A stretch of DNA of 64,000 nt from Prorocentrum cordatum (GCA_963575745.1 CAUYUJ010000025.1:1-64000), one strand, 5' to 3'; positions 36,731 to 47,790 are shown, numbered from the stretch's first letter. The notes: generated by a model not told the origin, from the letters alone. Numbers and translations: made by a program.

Positions 36731-37863
36731 ACCATGAATTTCCATGGCGTGTGTTTGTTACATCTTCTTAACTTGTTTGCTTTGCTACGACATGCTATCC
36801 CAAACCGTGCTCCGTGATCGTTTGAACGCTGTCCATATGTACGCATTCCCGTGGTACGCCATGCGTTGTTAAGCAATGCTGTGCCACGCCGTGCGCTGCT
36901 CTCCGGTGTGGTGCGATGCTATGCTATAGTATGCGACGCCATCCGACGGGATACCATGCTGTAGCTCTGGTGTTCCCACCCAACAACCTCTCTGTGAGAC
37001 ACATGGTGGTCGTGTGTGAATGTTGTACACAGTACGGCTCTGGCGTACTTCTGGGCAGTGTCTGGACTTGGTGCGAGTGTGCTCTGTGCATTGCATTGCA
37101 ACGCCTTGCGAACACATGGAACCTTGTGCGATGCGATGATATGCCGTGCTAGGCCACGCGATGCAGTGCTATGCGATCCCATGCTATGGCTCCTGTCGGG
37201 CCCTCCCCCCCGGGGTGGCTGGTCGCGTGGGAATGTCGGCGCGGAATCTCAGAGACTTCATAGAGCTGCGCGTGCCAGCCATGCAAGTTTGCGCGCGCCT
37301 GGCACGCGGAGGGACGGGGGCAGGGGTGGGGCGGAAAGTGGGAGGAGGAGGAGGTTTTGGACGAGGACGAGGACGAGGACGAAGAGGAGGGAGTGGAAGT
37401 GGGAGGAGGAGGAAGGAGTAGTAGAGCAGGAGGGAGTAGAAGACGAGAGGAAGTGGGACGAGGAGGAAGGAGTACAAGAGGTGGGAGAGAACAACCATGG
37501 AATATGGGGAGGCGGACCAATCGTCGCCACGGCTGGAGCATGCTGGAGCCACGGAGGCATCGTCGCCACGGCTGCCTTCGCCTCGAAACTCTGGCCAGAG
37601 CGTCGCCACGTCGCCAACGTCTCTAGGAGAGCAGTGCGCCCCCGGAGGGCCGTTCGTCGCCACGGCTGGACGCACCTCTGAAAATCGAGGCGGTTGGATC
37701 CTGGGAGGGCTCCAGGGAGCGGTTGTGAGTAAGACGGGGAGGAGGAAAAAGAGGCAGGGGGCAGCTGCTCTCCACAGCCGTCTCGGCCCAAGCCGCTCGT
37801 GCTGCAAGCGCCTCCAAGCCCTCTCGGCCCAGTCCACAGCCGCTCCAAGCCCTCTCGGCCGGG

Positions 37864-40484
37864 ATGTCGGAGCATCCACTCGCTGGGCCCCAACCTTTGG
37901 CGGGAGACTTGACTGAACCCCAGCCTCTGGCGGGAAACTTGCGGGATTGGCGCCGCGGCAATCCTCTCCGAACCAGCGAGACCATTGCCTTTGGCAATAC
38001 CAGCGCCAAGCCGACCCCCGGCGCACAACGGCCGTGGCACTACTACTCAGTCCAAATGCCTACCGGGGGAAGCCACAAGTGGCTCTTCGTTCCTTTCCTC
38101 GTGAGGGCCCCAGCCTCTGGCGGGGCACCCCTTCCAATGGGAGCGCCGCAGGAGGCGCAGTTGGAAACCAGAGTGAGGGAGGGCGTTTTGATGGAGCACT
38201 ACACCAACATCCACCGCCTACGCGCCCTCTTGCTGAGCCACCCGCTCGTCTCCACCGCCGCGCCGCACAAGGTGGACAAGGCGCTCGACCCCAAGTGTTT
38301 CGACGAGGACGGTTGGGCCTATAAATATCACCAGTCCCCTTGGGACTTGTCAGTGACGCTCGCAGCCTCTGGCGCGAAGTTCACCCTCGGATGGACCACA
38401 AACCATATCAAGAAGCCGCTCGCGGCGATGTGGTGGTTGATGCAAGGGAAGGCCGCGACGGCGGATAACCTCGCCCACGCGGAGGCGATATTCTTGGATG
38501 TCGCCGAGGCCGCCCGCTCGTGGCCGCTCGGCTTCCCCCCTGAGGAGGGGGGGGCCGGGGCCAGTGCGAGCTCTTCCTCTGCCGGCGTCGCGCCCCAGCC
38601 TCCGGCGGCCACTGCGGCGCCGCCGCCGGCCAGGCCCCTGCCTCCGGCGGCAATTGCGGCGCCGCCGCCGGCCAGGCCCGCGCCTCCGGCGGCAACTGCG
38701 GCGCCGCCGACGGCCGGGCCCCAGCCTCTGGCGGGAGACGCGGCGCGGGCGCCGGCCCGCGCCAGCGAGCCCGCGCCGGAGAGGCCGCCGGCCCCCGGCG
38801 AGCCCGCGCCGCAGAGCCCGCCAGCCCCCAGCCAGCCCGCGCCGCAGAGCCCTCCGGCCCCGGACACCGCCTGTCCGGTGGAGCCTTTGGCGGGGGCGCC
38901 CGCCGCCGCGCCGGGGGCGTCCGCCGACGCCACCAGCGCGGCCTCCGCGCTGCTGCCAGCGGCGAGCGTCGATGCCGGTGCTGCCGCCTGCGACAAGCCT
39001 GCGGACAGCGCCCCAGGCGGCGCCGAGCGCCGCGACCACCTCGAGGATTTCCAGCTGGACGAGGCGATGAGGATGTCCGAGCAGGAATCGGCTGAAGTCC
39101 GCGATCTCGATTACAGCCCAGATCAGAAGTCGGACCCTCCGTCGGACGAGGAGGAGGAGGGCGTCGAGGCCGACCCAGCGGAGCCGCAGAGCAGGGTGCG
39201 TCGCCGCTCGAGGTCGCGAGCGGGGCCCGCGCGCCCGCGCGACCCAGCCTCTGGCGGGGCGGACGGCGAGATCGACCTCACCATGCACGTGTCCGCCAAG
39301 AGGCTGCAGCGGCTGACCGAGGACCAGAAGGAGCGGCTTCGCCAGATTGTGCGCACCAGCGATAGGCAGCTGCACTTCGGCGATTACTGGCAGAGCAGGC
39401 CGCGGGCGGGGGGTCCTCCTCGGGAGCCAGCGGCGACGGCCAGGGCTCGCGATCAGCATCGGGCGCTGCTCCTCCAGCACCTGCGGGCGCACGCGGACCC
39501 GATCCCAGACGCCGCAGAGTTCATCGCGGGAATCCCTTCCAAGAACGCCGGGCGCTGGGGCGTCAACGAGGATGTCGTGAAGGCCATCGCCAGCAGGAAG
39601 GTCCACTACATGCATTTGCTGACCCACCAGATGGGGGAGCACGACCGTCTGCTCTTCTGCGAGGAGTGGCCGGACCTCAGCCCAGCCTCTGGCGGGTGGT
39701 GGGTGCTCCAGGAAGAGGACTGGCTGCAGCTCAAGCAGGAATGGCGGGGGTTGTCTCCAGCGATGCGAAAGCCCAGTCCACCCCCAGCAACGTCCTCTCC
39801 GCCCATCCCCGCTTCCCCCCGCGCGGGAGGGGGGGGGGTCGGCGAACGAGGAGGGAGAGGACGAGGAGGGGGGAGGGGAGGGGAGAGGGGGCGAGGGCGA
39901 GGAGGGGGATTGGGGAGAGGGCGGCACCGACGGAGACACCCGTCGCCTCGATTGAGGACTTCCCCGGCGTGCGCGACACGCGCGACTACGTCAAGCACAT
40001 TTTGACGCTGCACGATGGCGAGGCCAGGCTTGTGCGCACAGAGTGGAAGCCCTTCCCAGCCTCTGGCGGGAGCATCCTTCAACCTGCCTACTGGCATTAC
40101 CAATTCGCGCGCAGCTGGGCGACTTATTCGTGGCTCTCCTCACGCAAAGGGCACTTGACCAACGAAGACTTGGAGTTGATCATGACACAGGACGGCGGCG
40201 AGACTGGCTTGATGAGGTGGAACCCAGCCTCTGGCGGGAACTGGCAGATCCGCACTGGCCAATTCATCGCGCTGGCCGAACTCTTCTGGTTCGGGAAAGA
40301 CTGGTGCTCATGCTACGATATCTACCGCGCTTACCTGAGCCTGCCTGTCTGGATCCAGAAGCGCAAGCATCCTGTCTCGCAGAATGCGCCGGGAACCATG
40401 AGGCGCAACGCGAAAGCGTTTCACTACCAGGAGACCGGTATGTACGGTTTGCCCACGGCGCCTTGGAAACGCGGGCGGCGGTGA
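37864..40484 (+). CDS. Hypothetical protein with Pro/Ala-rich linker; apparent frameshift near 39830-39920
   Basis: ORF 37864-40005 is protein-like up to a G-rich tract. Protein-like sequence (SIEDFPGVRDTRDYVKH...WKRGRR) continues in ORF 39666-40484. Confidence 0.6.
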
Positions 40485-41139
40485 GCACGTGCCCTTGGCG
40501 CCTTCGGTGCCGATCCCAGCCTCTGGCGGGAATAGTCTCGCGCCCAGCTCTGGTGCCCGTGTCAGTTTTGGCGGAAGTGCAGATTCCGCGCCCAGCTCTG
40601 GTGCCCGTGTCAGTTTTGGCGAGAGTGCAGATTCCGCGCCCGAGCGACGCCGAAAAACGTTTGAAATGAGCTTCCCTCGTCGTCGTCGTCGTCGTCTCCC
40701 CTCCGCCTCCCTGCTGCATTATTCCTCAGTCCCCCCCCCCTGCTCCCGATGCTTACTTATCTTTCTCCCTCGTGAGGGCCAGGGCGCAGCGAAACCCAGC
40801 CTCTGGCGAGATGGAGGCTCGACGTCCGGGGAATGCCCCGCGCAACCAGAACAGGACTGCCTGCCCCGTCCTCCGGGGGACTTCGCTCCTGCGTCGCTAT
40901 CCCGTCCTCTGCCTGCCCCCGGCTCTACTTGTCCCCCTGGAGCCTCTTGGGGGTTCCTGGGGCCTCCTGGGGCTTCCTGAGGCTTCCCAGGAACTCCAGG
41001 GGCCTCCTGCGGCCTCCTGGGGCCGCCCGGGACCTCCTGCGCCCTCCTGCGGCCTCCTGCGGCCTCCGGGGCTTTCCTGGTCAGAACAACGCAGGACACG
41101 TGACAAAACAAGGTATACCGAACCAAAAAAAACAAACTC

Positions 41140-41830
41140 AAAGTAGATCACACCCGCCCAAAAGTAGATGAGACCCGCCCAAAAGTAGGTCAGACCACAC
41201 GCAAGGAGACCATACCCCGTGGAAAAGTAGATCAGACCCCGCCCAAATGTAGATCAGACCACCCGCAAGGAGACCGCACCCCGTCCAAAAGTACACCAGA
41301 CCCGCCCAAAAGTAGACCAGACCACCCAAAAGTAGACCAGACCCCGTGGAAAAGTAGATCAGACCCCGCCCAAAAGTAGACCAGACCCCGCCCAAAAGTA
41401 GATCAGACCCCGCCCAAAAGTAGATCAGACCGCCCGCAAGGAGACGTGACCCCACCCACAAGTAGATCATACCCCGCCCAGAAGTAGATCAGACCTCCCA
41501 CAAGGAGACCAGACCCCGCCCAAAAGTAGATCAACCCCCAGCCAAAAGAAGATCGGCCCCTGTCCCCAAGTAGCGCAGACCCGCCCAAATGTAGACCAGA
41601 CCCCACCCCAAAGTAGATCCAGCCCCGCCCACAAGTAGATCAGACCAGCCGCAAGGAGACCAGACCCCGTCCCAAAGGAGACCAGACCCCGCCCAAAAAT
41701 AAATCAGACCTCCCACATGTGCACCAGACGCCGCCCAGAAGTGTACCAGCCCCACCCCAGAGGAAATCATACCGCCCATTATGAGGCCAGATATCGTCCC
41801 AAAGTAGACCAGTTACCGCCCAGTAGGGCA
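41140..41830 (+). repeat. AAAAGTAGACCAGACCCCGCCC array
   Basis: Same unit; lies between ORF3 and ORF4. Confidence 0.92.
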
Positions 41831-42046
41831 GATTAAATACACCCAAAGAAAGCACCTGCCCCCGCCCATAATTGTACTACACTGCTCTTCGCAGCATGCA
41901 ACAAACGCTTGACGCCCCTCTCACTATCCGATTGTGCGTAGCTGCGTGGGCTCGAGCGCGCACTGGTCCAGCCCGCGCTCTTCGTGCGGGCTATCGGCCG
42001 CGCGGGGTGACGGAGCGCTCCGCGCGCTCTCGCAGCCTCTGGCGCG

Positions 42047-44282
42047 ATGGGGCTCCGTTGCAAGACGTGCCTTGAGCGCGCCAGAGATGATGGGAGCTGC
42101 AAAAACCCGAAGTGCACAGCATACCGCGCTCCAGTGCCGAGAGGGCAGCACTGGAAAATTGCCCGGTTGAGTGGTGCCTTGGGCAAAGCGGCCGACAAAG
42201 TAGGCGCATGCGTCGCCGGCGGGTTCATCCTCACTTTGCTACACAGACATGACATACGTGTCGGCGTAGCGAGCGGCGAGTATCTTCGGGCCGCAGCCTC
42301 TGGCGCGACTGCAGTGCGCTTGGAGCTTTTAGCGGTGGTCTATCTGTGCTACTGGCGGTGGTCGACGAGCTCACTTCTTGGACACTTGTCAAAGGCATTA
42401 TCCCGTTTTCAGCACGCGGAGTCCACAGAGCGAGCTGAAATGTTACAGGTCGCGTGGACTTCGATGGAAGCGGACGCGAAGGGGCGCCAGGTTCTCGGAT
42501 ACCGTGACGAGCACAAGGTTGAGTTAATACGCCGCGATGAGAGGAGCAAGCTCGGGAACGCAGCCTCTGGCGCGACTTTTGCGTATCATCCATTCGTGAA
42601 CCCGGCAAGTCGCCGCACTGGTGGACAGGAGTTCGCGCTGTTGCTGCCTGATGTGCGGGATGGCAACCTCCGGGCAGCTTGCGAGGACCTCGCCAAGGTG
42701 TTCCACGTGAAACCCACGTTCAGGGACGCGGAGAGCGCCCTGAGGAAGCACGAGATAAAGCTTTGGGCCGGGGCCCACGCCAAATACAATCGAATCAGGT
42801 GGTACGGGTGCTGCAAATGCACCCCGCCAGCGGGCTCCCGACCGCGCGTCGGGCCCAAGTGGAGCCCGGCAAGATTTTCCTTTGTCCCTCTTCTGCGTCG
42901 TGCCCCCCCCGCCCCATGTGGCCCCTCCCCCTCCCCCTCGCGTGTCCTCTTCCTCCTCGTTCGCTGCCCGCGTTGACCCTCCCCCCTCCTCCCTCTCCCT
43001 CGGTCAAAAGGATCACGCAGGGCCGCCGCCCGCCCGCGCGCGGCACCTGCAGCTGCTTCCGGAACAGGGCTTCGTTTTTGATTCTCTTCTGGGAACCGTA
43101 GCGGAACATAGCCACCCGAACAGATGCACCCGCGGCCCCGCGTCAGACGCGGGCCGCGCGGGCAGGTCGGCCCAATCCTTAGGGGGGGCGCCAGATATGA
43201 GATATTTGGGCGCGCTTGGCCCCGTCTTCCGTCTGCTGCGTGCCCCCGACGCAGTAATCCGGTAATCCTGTAGTCCCCCCCTCGCCCTCCCCCGCAAAGC
43301 GGATTGTTGTATTCCTGTCGTGTTCCCAAGGTTCATGCGGTGGTTGTTCAAGGCGGAGGGCCTGGGCGCGCCCGTCGACGAGGAAGATTGGCCCCTGCTC
43401 GCTGGCATGGGGTCCGGGGCCGAAGAGGGTTTGGACGACGCGGGAATTGATTCCTACGAATCGGCTGAGGTGGCCCGCGCAGCCTTGGCCGCTGTACTCG
43501 CAGCCCCTGGCGCGACGTCTCCGCAAGATGGCGTTGGTGCACCTCCCGAGTATATTTACGGACTCGACGACTTGGTTTGCTTCCTGTGCTTGTCCACAAA
43601 CAAAGAAGCTGTTGCCCGCAAGGTGTTACCGCCGCCAGCGCTCCCGGTGTCCGTCGTTGAGGATTTGGGGATGGCTGCCCCCGTCGCAGCCTCTGGCGCG
43701 ACAGCGTGCCCTGGCGAGACTCGTTGTTATGCGAGAATCACAACGAAAGCCACCGCGAAGCCAGCCATCGTCTCCATCTTGGCGTGGGTGTTCCAAGACA
43801 TTTTGCGATGGGTGCGCGCGCCCGCCGCGGGGGCACTGTGTCAATGTTGCCGAGCTTGGCACGCTGGAGGCTTATTTCTGGCTTGCGCGCTGTCTGAGAG
43901 GAGGCGGTGCGTCGCAGACTCTGTCGCGAGCATCTTGTCCTTCGATGCGAAACCCGCCCAGGCATTGCTTCAAGCAGGGGCTTCGAGGAGTGATATTCTC
44001 CGCGCCTGGGCGCGCGCGTGGGACTTGCTCGACGGGCTCCCCCCGCGTGCCTGTTTGGGCTTCGACGAACGATTGTTGTCCATGGCACTAGTCCGCATGG
44101 GCGTCAAGGAACACCTTCGGGGTGACGCGAAGGACGCGGTTGCCCAGATGTTCTTGGACGCAGGCGGGGAGCATTCGCTTGCGAGGGAAGCGTCGTTCGC
44201 AGAGGTGGAGAAAGGGCAGCTTGCAGAGATCGAGTGCCATGTGTTGATGTTGGCGCACAGCGATTCTGGCCTCTGGCGATAA
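42047..44282 (+). CDS. Two-exon hypothetical protein (exons 42047-42798 and 43331-44282) with N-terminal CxxC...CxxxxC and a possible HhH-type DNA-modification domain
   Basis: AG|GT donor at 42799 and CCAAG|G acceptor at 43330 join ORFs 42047 and 43320 in frame (KYNRI-R-FMRWLF). Confidence 0.6.
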
Positions 44283-44739
44283 TTCGCAGCCTCTGGCGCG
44301 AACCAGCATGGGGGGCGGCCGTTGGGGCGGCTGCTGGGGGGCGATCAGCATTGCCTGATCATGTCTGCTGCAATTGCGCGGGCTCGAGCAGCGGCGGCAT
44401 GTGTAGGGCCGCTTTCAAGAGCTGGGCGTCGGCAAACGCAGCGCATGCTCGAACCTGCCAGGGAAAACTGAACCCGGTCAGTTTCTCACAGTGCTTGTTT
44501 CTTGCGTCGCACTTCTGCTGGATACGTTTATCGGAGACGGAGCGAGAAGCCATTTCTGCTATTATTATTACAACTATCACCACCACAATTACTACTAGTA
44601 GTACAATTGTTTCCGCTTCGCGAATCCCCGCCAGTCCATTCAGAAGCCCTTCCCATGAGAGCTGACGGGCAATGGAAAAAAGAAACACATATAGTGAAAC
44701 AGAGCGGACAAGGAGAGGAGGGGGAGGAGGGTGTCGAGC

Positions 44740-45550
44740 CATCTTGGAGGCTATCTTGGAACACAGGAGGCTTTCTTGGAGCTATGGGGCACTTTTGGGG
44801 GTCTCAGGGATCTCTCGGCCCTCTTTTGGGGCATCTTGGGGCCCCCTTGGGGCTCTATGGGTCCTCTTGGGGCTCTTTTGGGGCATCTTGGGGCCCTCTT
44901 GGGTTTTTTTTTTTTGGGGGGGGGGGGGTCTTGGGGTCCTCTCGGGGCTCTTTTGGGGCATCTTGGGGCCCTCTTGGGGCTCTTTAGGGGTCTTGGGGCC
45001 CTCTTGGGGCTCTTTTGGGGCGTCTTGGGGCGGCGCTCCTGGGGCCTCCTTGGGGCTCTCTTGGGCCTCTCTTGGGGCCTTCTTGGGGGCTATGGAGCGC
45101 CTCCTGGGGCCATCTTGGAGGCCATCGATCAAAAAGGAGGGGGGTCCCCGATTTGTCTCCCCCCTTGGGGGGCCACCGGAATCGCATCTTGGGGCGCTCT
45201 TGGGGCCCTCTTGGGCCGCTCTTGGGCGCTCTTGGGGCCGTCTGAGGGCCTCTTGGGCCGCTCTTGGAGCTCTCTTGGGCCATATTGGCGCCATCTTGAG
45301 GCCTCAGAAGCGCAGCGGAGGCGACAGGGCGAGAAGGCAAACATCATTGATTTTCTTCAGGTGTTTGAAGGAAATTGCTTTCTCGGGGAGGTCCTGACGG
45401 GTCTCCAAAAGCACCTGGGACCGTCTTGTGGTCCTCTTGGGGCCTCTTGGAGGCATGTTGTTAGCTATCTTGGGCCATGTTGGGCTGTCTCGACCGATAT
45501 TGAAGGCCATCTTGGGCTCTCTGAGGCCCTCTTGGGGCCATCTTGGGCCG
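44740..45550. repeat. ~10-11 bp TCTTGGGGCC minisatellite
   Basis: Direct reading. Confidence 0.85.
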
Positions 45551-45959
45551 AAAAGGACCCCCTGACACATCGCGACCGCCCCCGTCCAAGTCCAGGGGAG
45601 GAGGTATGGGGGAGGGGTAAACCCCTCCCGAAGGGGAAAAGGGGGTTTTGGAAGAGGGAATACAGATCTCGTTAGACCGCCTGTCGCCCAAAGGGATGGC
45701 GGGATTTCGAGTCCCAGCATTACTATCATGATTATTGTTTCTGCTATCAAATTTCACTGATCAAATGGTGACGCTATTGGCGTTTATACGATCACAAATG
45801 CATCCCCTACACCTCTATCATCCGCGCCGCTACTGCGATTGCAGCTACTACAATTATTACGGCGGCGACGGCGACGGTGACGGCGACGACGACGGCGGCG
45901 CCGATGCTTATTGTGATGATCTTGGCCTTGGTGGACCGGTCAGTTTTGTAAGTACTGCG

Positions 45960-46320
45960 AACTGGAACCGACGTTGTTGGGCGCTGTAACCACCGCCCCT
46001 CGTAAAACATCTGCGCTGGAACCCAGGTTTCGAAGGCTCTGGGACAATTCTCCTCCGAAGGTATTGGGCGCTGGAACCGACGCTACGGGGCACTGGAATC
46101 TCCGCCCCTCGTAAAACATGTGCGAAGGAAACCATATGCTTCGAAGGCATGAGGTGCTGGAACTATTATCTCTTGTAAATACCGGGCGCTGGACACGCTG
46201 TGGGGCGCTGACACCATCGCCCCTCGTAAAGATTTAGCGCTGGAACCCATTTGTCTTGAAGGCATGAGGCGCTGGAACCATTATCCCTCGTAGATATTGG
46301 GTGGTGGAAGCACACCCCAT
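45960..46320 (+). repeat. GCGCTGGAACC...CCCTCGTAA repeat family, copy 2
   Basis: Matches 24150-24350. Confidence 0.7.
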
Positions 46321-46454
46321 TTAGGTTTAGAAACTACAAATAGGGCGGGGGGAGGGATGGGAGACGGGCCCTGGGGCGGGTGCGGGTCCTTTCATTGTAG
46401 TCACACCTCGATCCCAAACGGGGCCTTTTCGCACGCGCTGGTGCGCGTGCGATG

Positions 46455-47075
46455 TCTCGGTCGGTCGGTCCGGTCGTCGGTCCGTCGTTCGGTCGGTCCG
46501 TCCTGTCGGTCGTTGGTCGGTCGGTCGGTCGGTCGGTCGGTCGTCGTTCGTCGTCGTTTCGGTCGGTCGGTCGGTCGGTTGGTCGGTCCCGTCGTGGGTC
46601 GTCGGTGTGTCGGTCAGTCCGTCGGTCGTCGTCGTCGTCTCGGTCGGTCGTTCGGTCGGTCGGGTCGTCGGTCCGTCGGTCCGTGTGGTCGTCGGTCGTC
46701 GGTCGGTCGGTCCTTCGTCGTCGTTCGTCGTCGTAGTGTCGGTCGGTCGGTCGGTCGGTTCGGTCGTGGGTTGTCGGTCAGTCGGTCGGTCCGTCGCTCG
46801 CCGTCGTCGGTCGTCGTCGTCTCGGTTAGTCCGTCCGTCGGTCGGTTGCTCGGTCGATCGGTCGTCGTCGGTCGTCGGTCCTCGATTTGTCGGTTGGTCC
46901 GTCGTCGTCGCCGTCGGTCGTCAGTGGTGTCAGTCGGTCGTCGTCGGTCGTCGTCGTTATTGTTGTCGGTCGTCGATCGGGCGGTCGATCCGTCGGCTTG
47001 TCGGTCGGCTGATTGTCGCGGTCCGTTTGTCGGTGGGTTGTCGTCGCGGTCGACGGTCGGTCGGTCGGTCGGCCT
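46455..47075. repeat. (GTCG)n/(GTC)n microsatellite
   Basis: Direct reading. Confidence 0.95.
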
Positions 47076-47199
47076 CGTAAGAGATGGTTCCTTTTAGGCT
47101 CAATCCTGGCTCCCTCTCGGCTCCCTCTCGGCTCCCTCTTGGCTCCCTCTTGGTTCCCTCCTGGCTCCCTTTGGCTCTCTTCTGACCGCGAGGATGACA

Positions 47200-47630
47200 G
47201 TGGGTAGGATCAGGAGGATGGGAAGTGAGAAGACTGAGGACATGTAGGATGAGGATACATATAAGGATGGATATGAGGATGGTGCTAAGCATGCTGAGGA
47301 CGAGGACGAAGGGGGGATGAGGAGGACGAGGCTGGGGAAGATGATTATGGAGGATGAGGAAGATGAACATGTGATTGAGAAGGGTCAGGATGATGATGAT
47401 GAGGGCGATGCACAGCATGGTGACGGTGAACATTCGGAGGGGGCTGAAGAGGCGAAACGTTGTGATTGTGACGCTGCGGAATATGAGGAAGATGGAGGAG
47501 GATGGGGCATGACGAGGATGAGTATGTTGAGGATGAGGGTGATAATGACGAGGGTGATACAGAGCACGACGACGCTGACGATGAGGGAACATATTAACGG
47601 GGGATGATGAGGATGATGATGCTGATGCTT

Positions 47631-47662
<32 letters not shown>

Positions 47663-47750
47663 GATGATGATGGCGTTGTTGATGATGATGCTGATGCTGA
47701 TGCTGATGACGATGACGATGATGATGATGATGTTTATGATGATGATGATT

Positions 47751-47783
<33 letters not shown>

Positions 47784-47790
47784 GCGTTGT

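Larger units (their letters stand above)
24949..44300 (+). mobile_element. Putative giant multi-gene hAT-like element (boundaries not defined)
   Basis: Transposase plus three co-oriented genes, all sharing one hairpin motif and one spacer minisatellite not seen elsewhere in the window. No TIR or TSD identified. Confidence 0.55.

Noticed and set aside
26248..39939. Long antisense ORFs (26248-27273, 31710-32693, 32098-33429, 38350-39939)
   Set aside because: Shadow frames of GC-rich sense genes, with no independent motifs.
25325..44298. QPLA/AASG as a protein repeat
   Set aside because: The same nucleotides are read in three frames and also occur outside ORFs (33624, 40517, 40797, 42033, 44287), so the repeat is at nucleotide level.
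24890..44600. Terminal inverted repeats and 8-bp TSD for the hAT-like block
   Set aside because: None found by eye near either presumed end; boundaries remain unproven.
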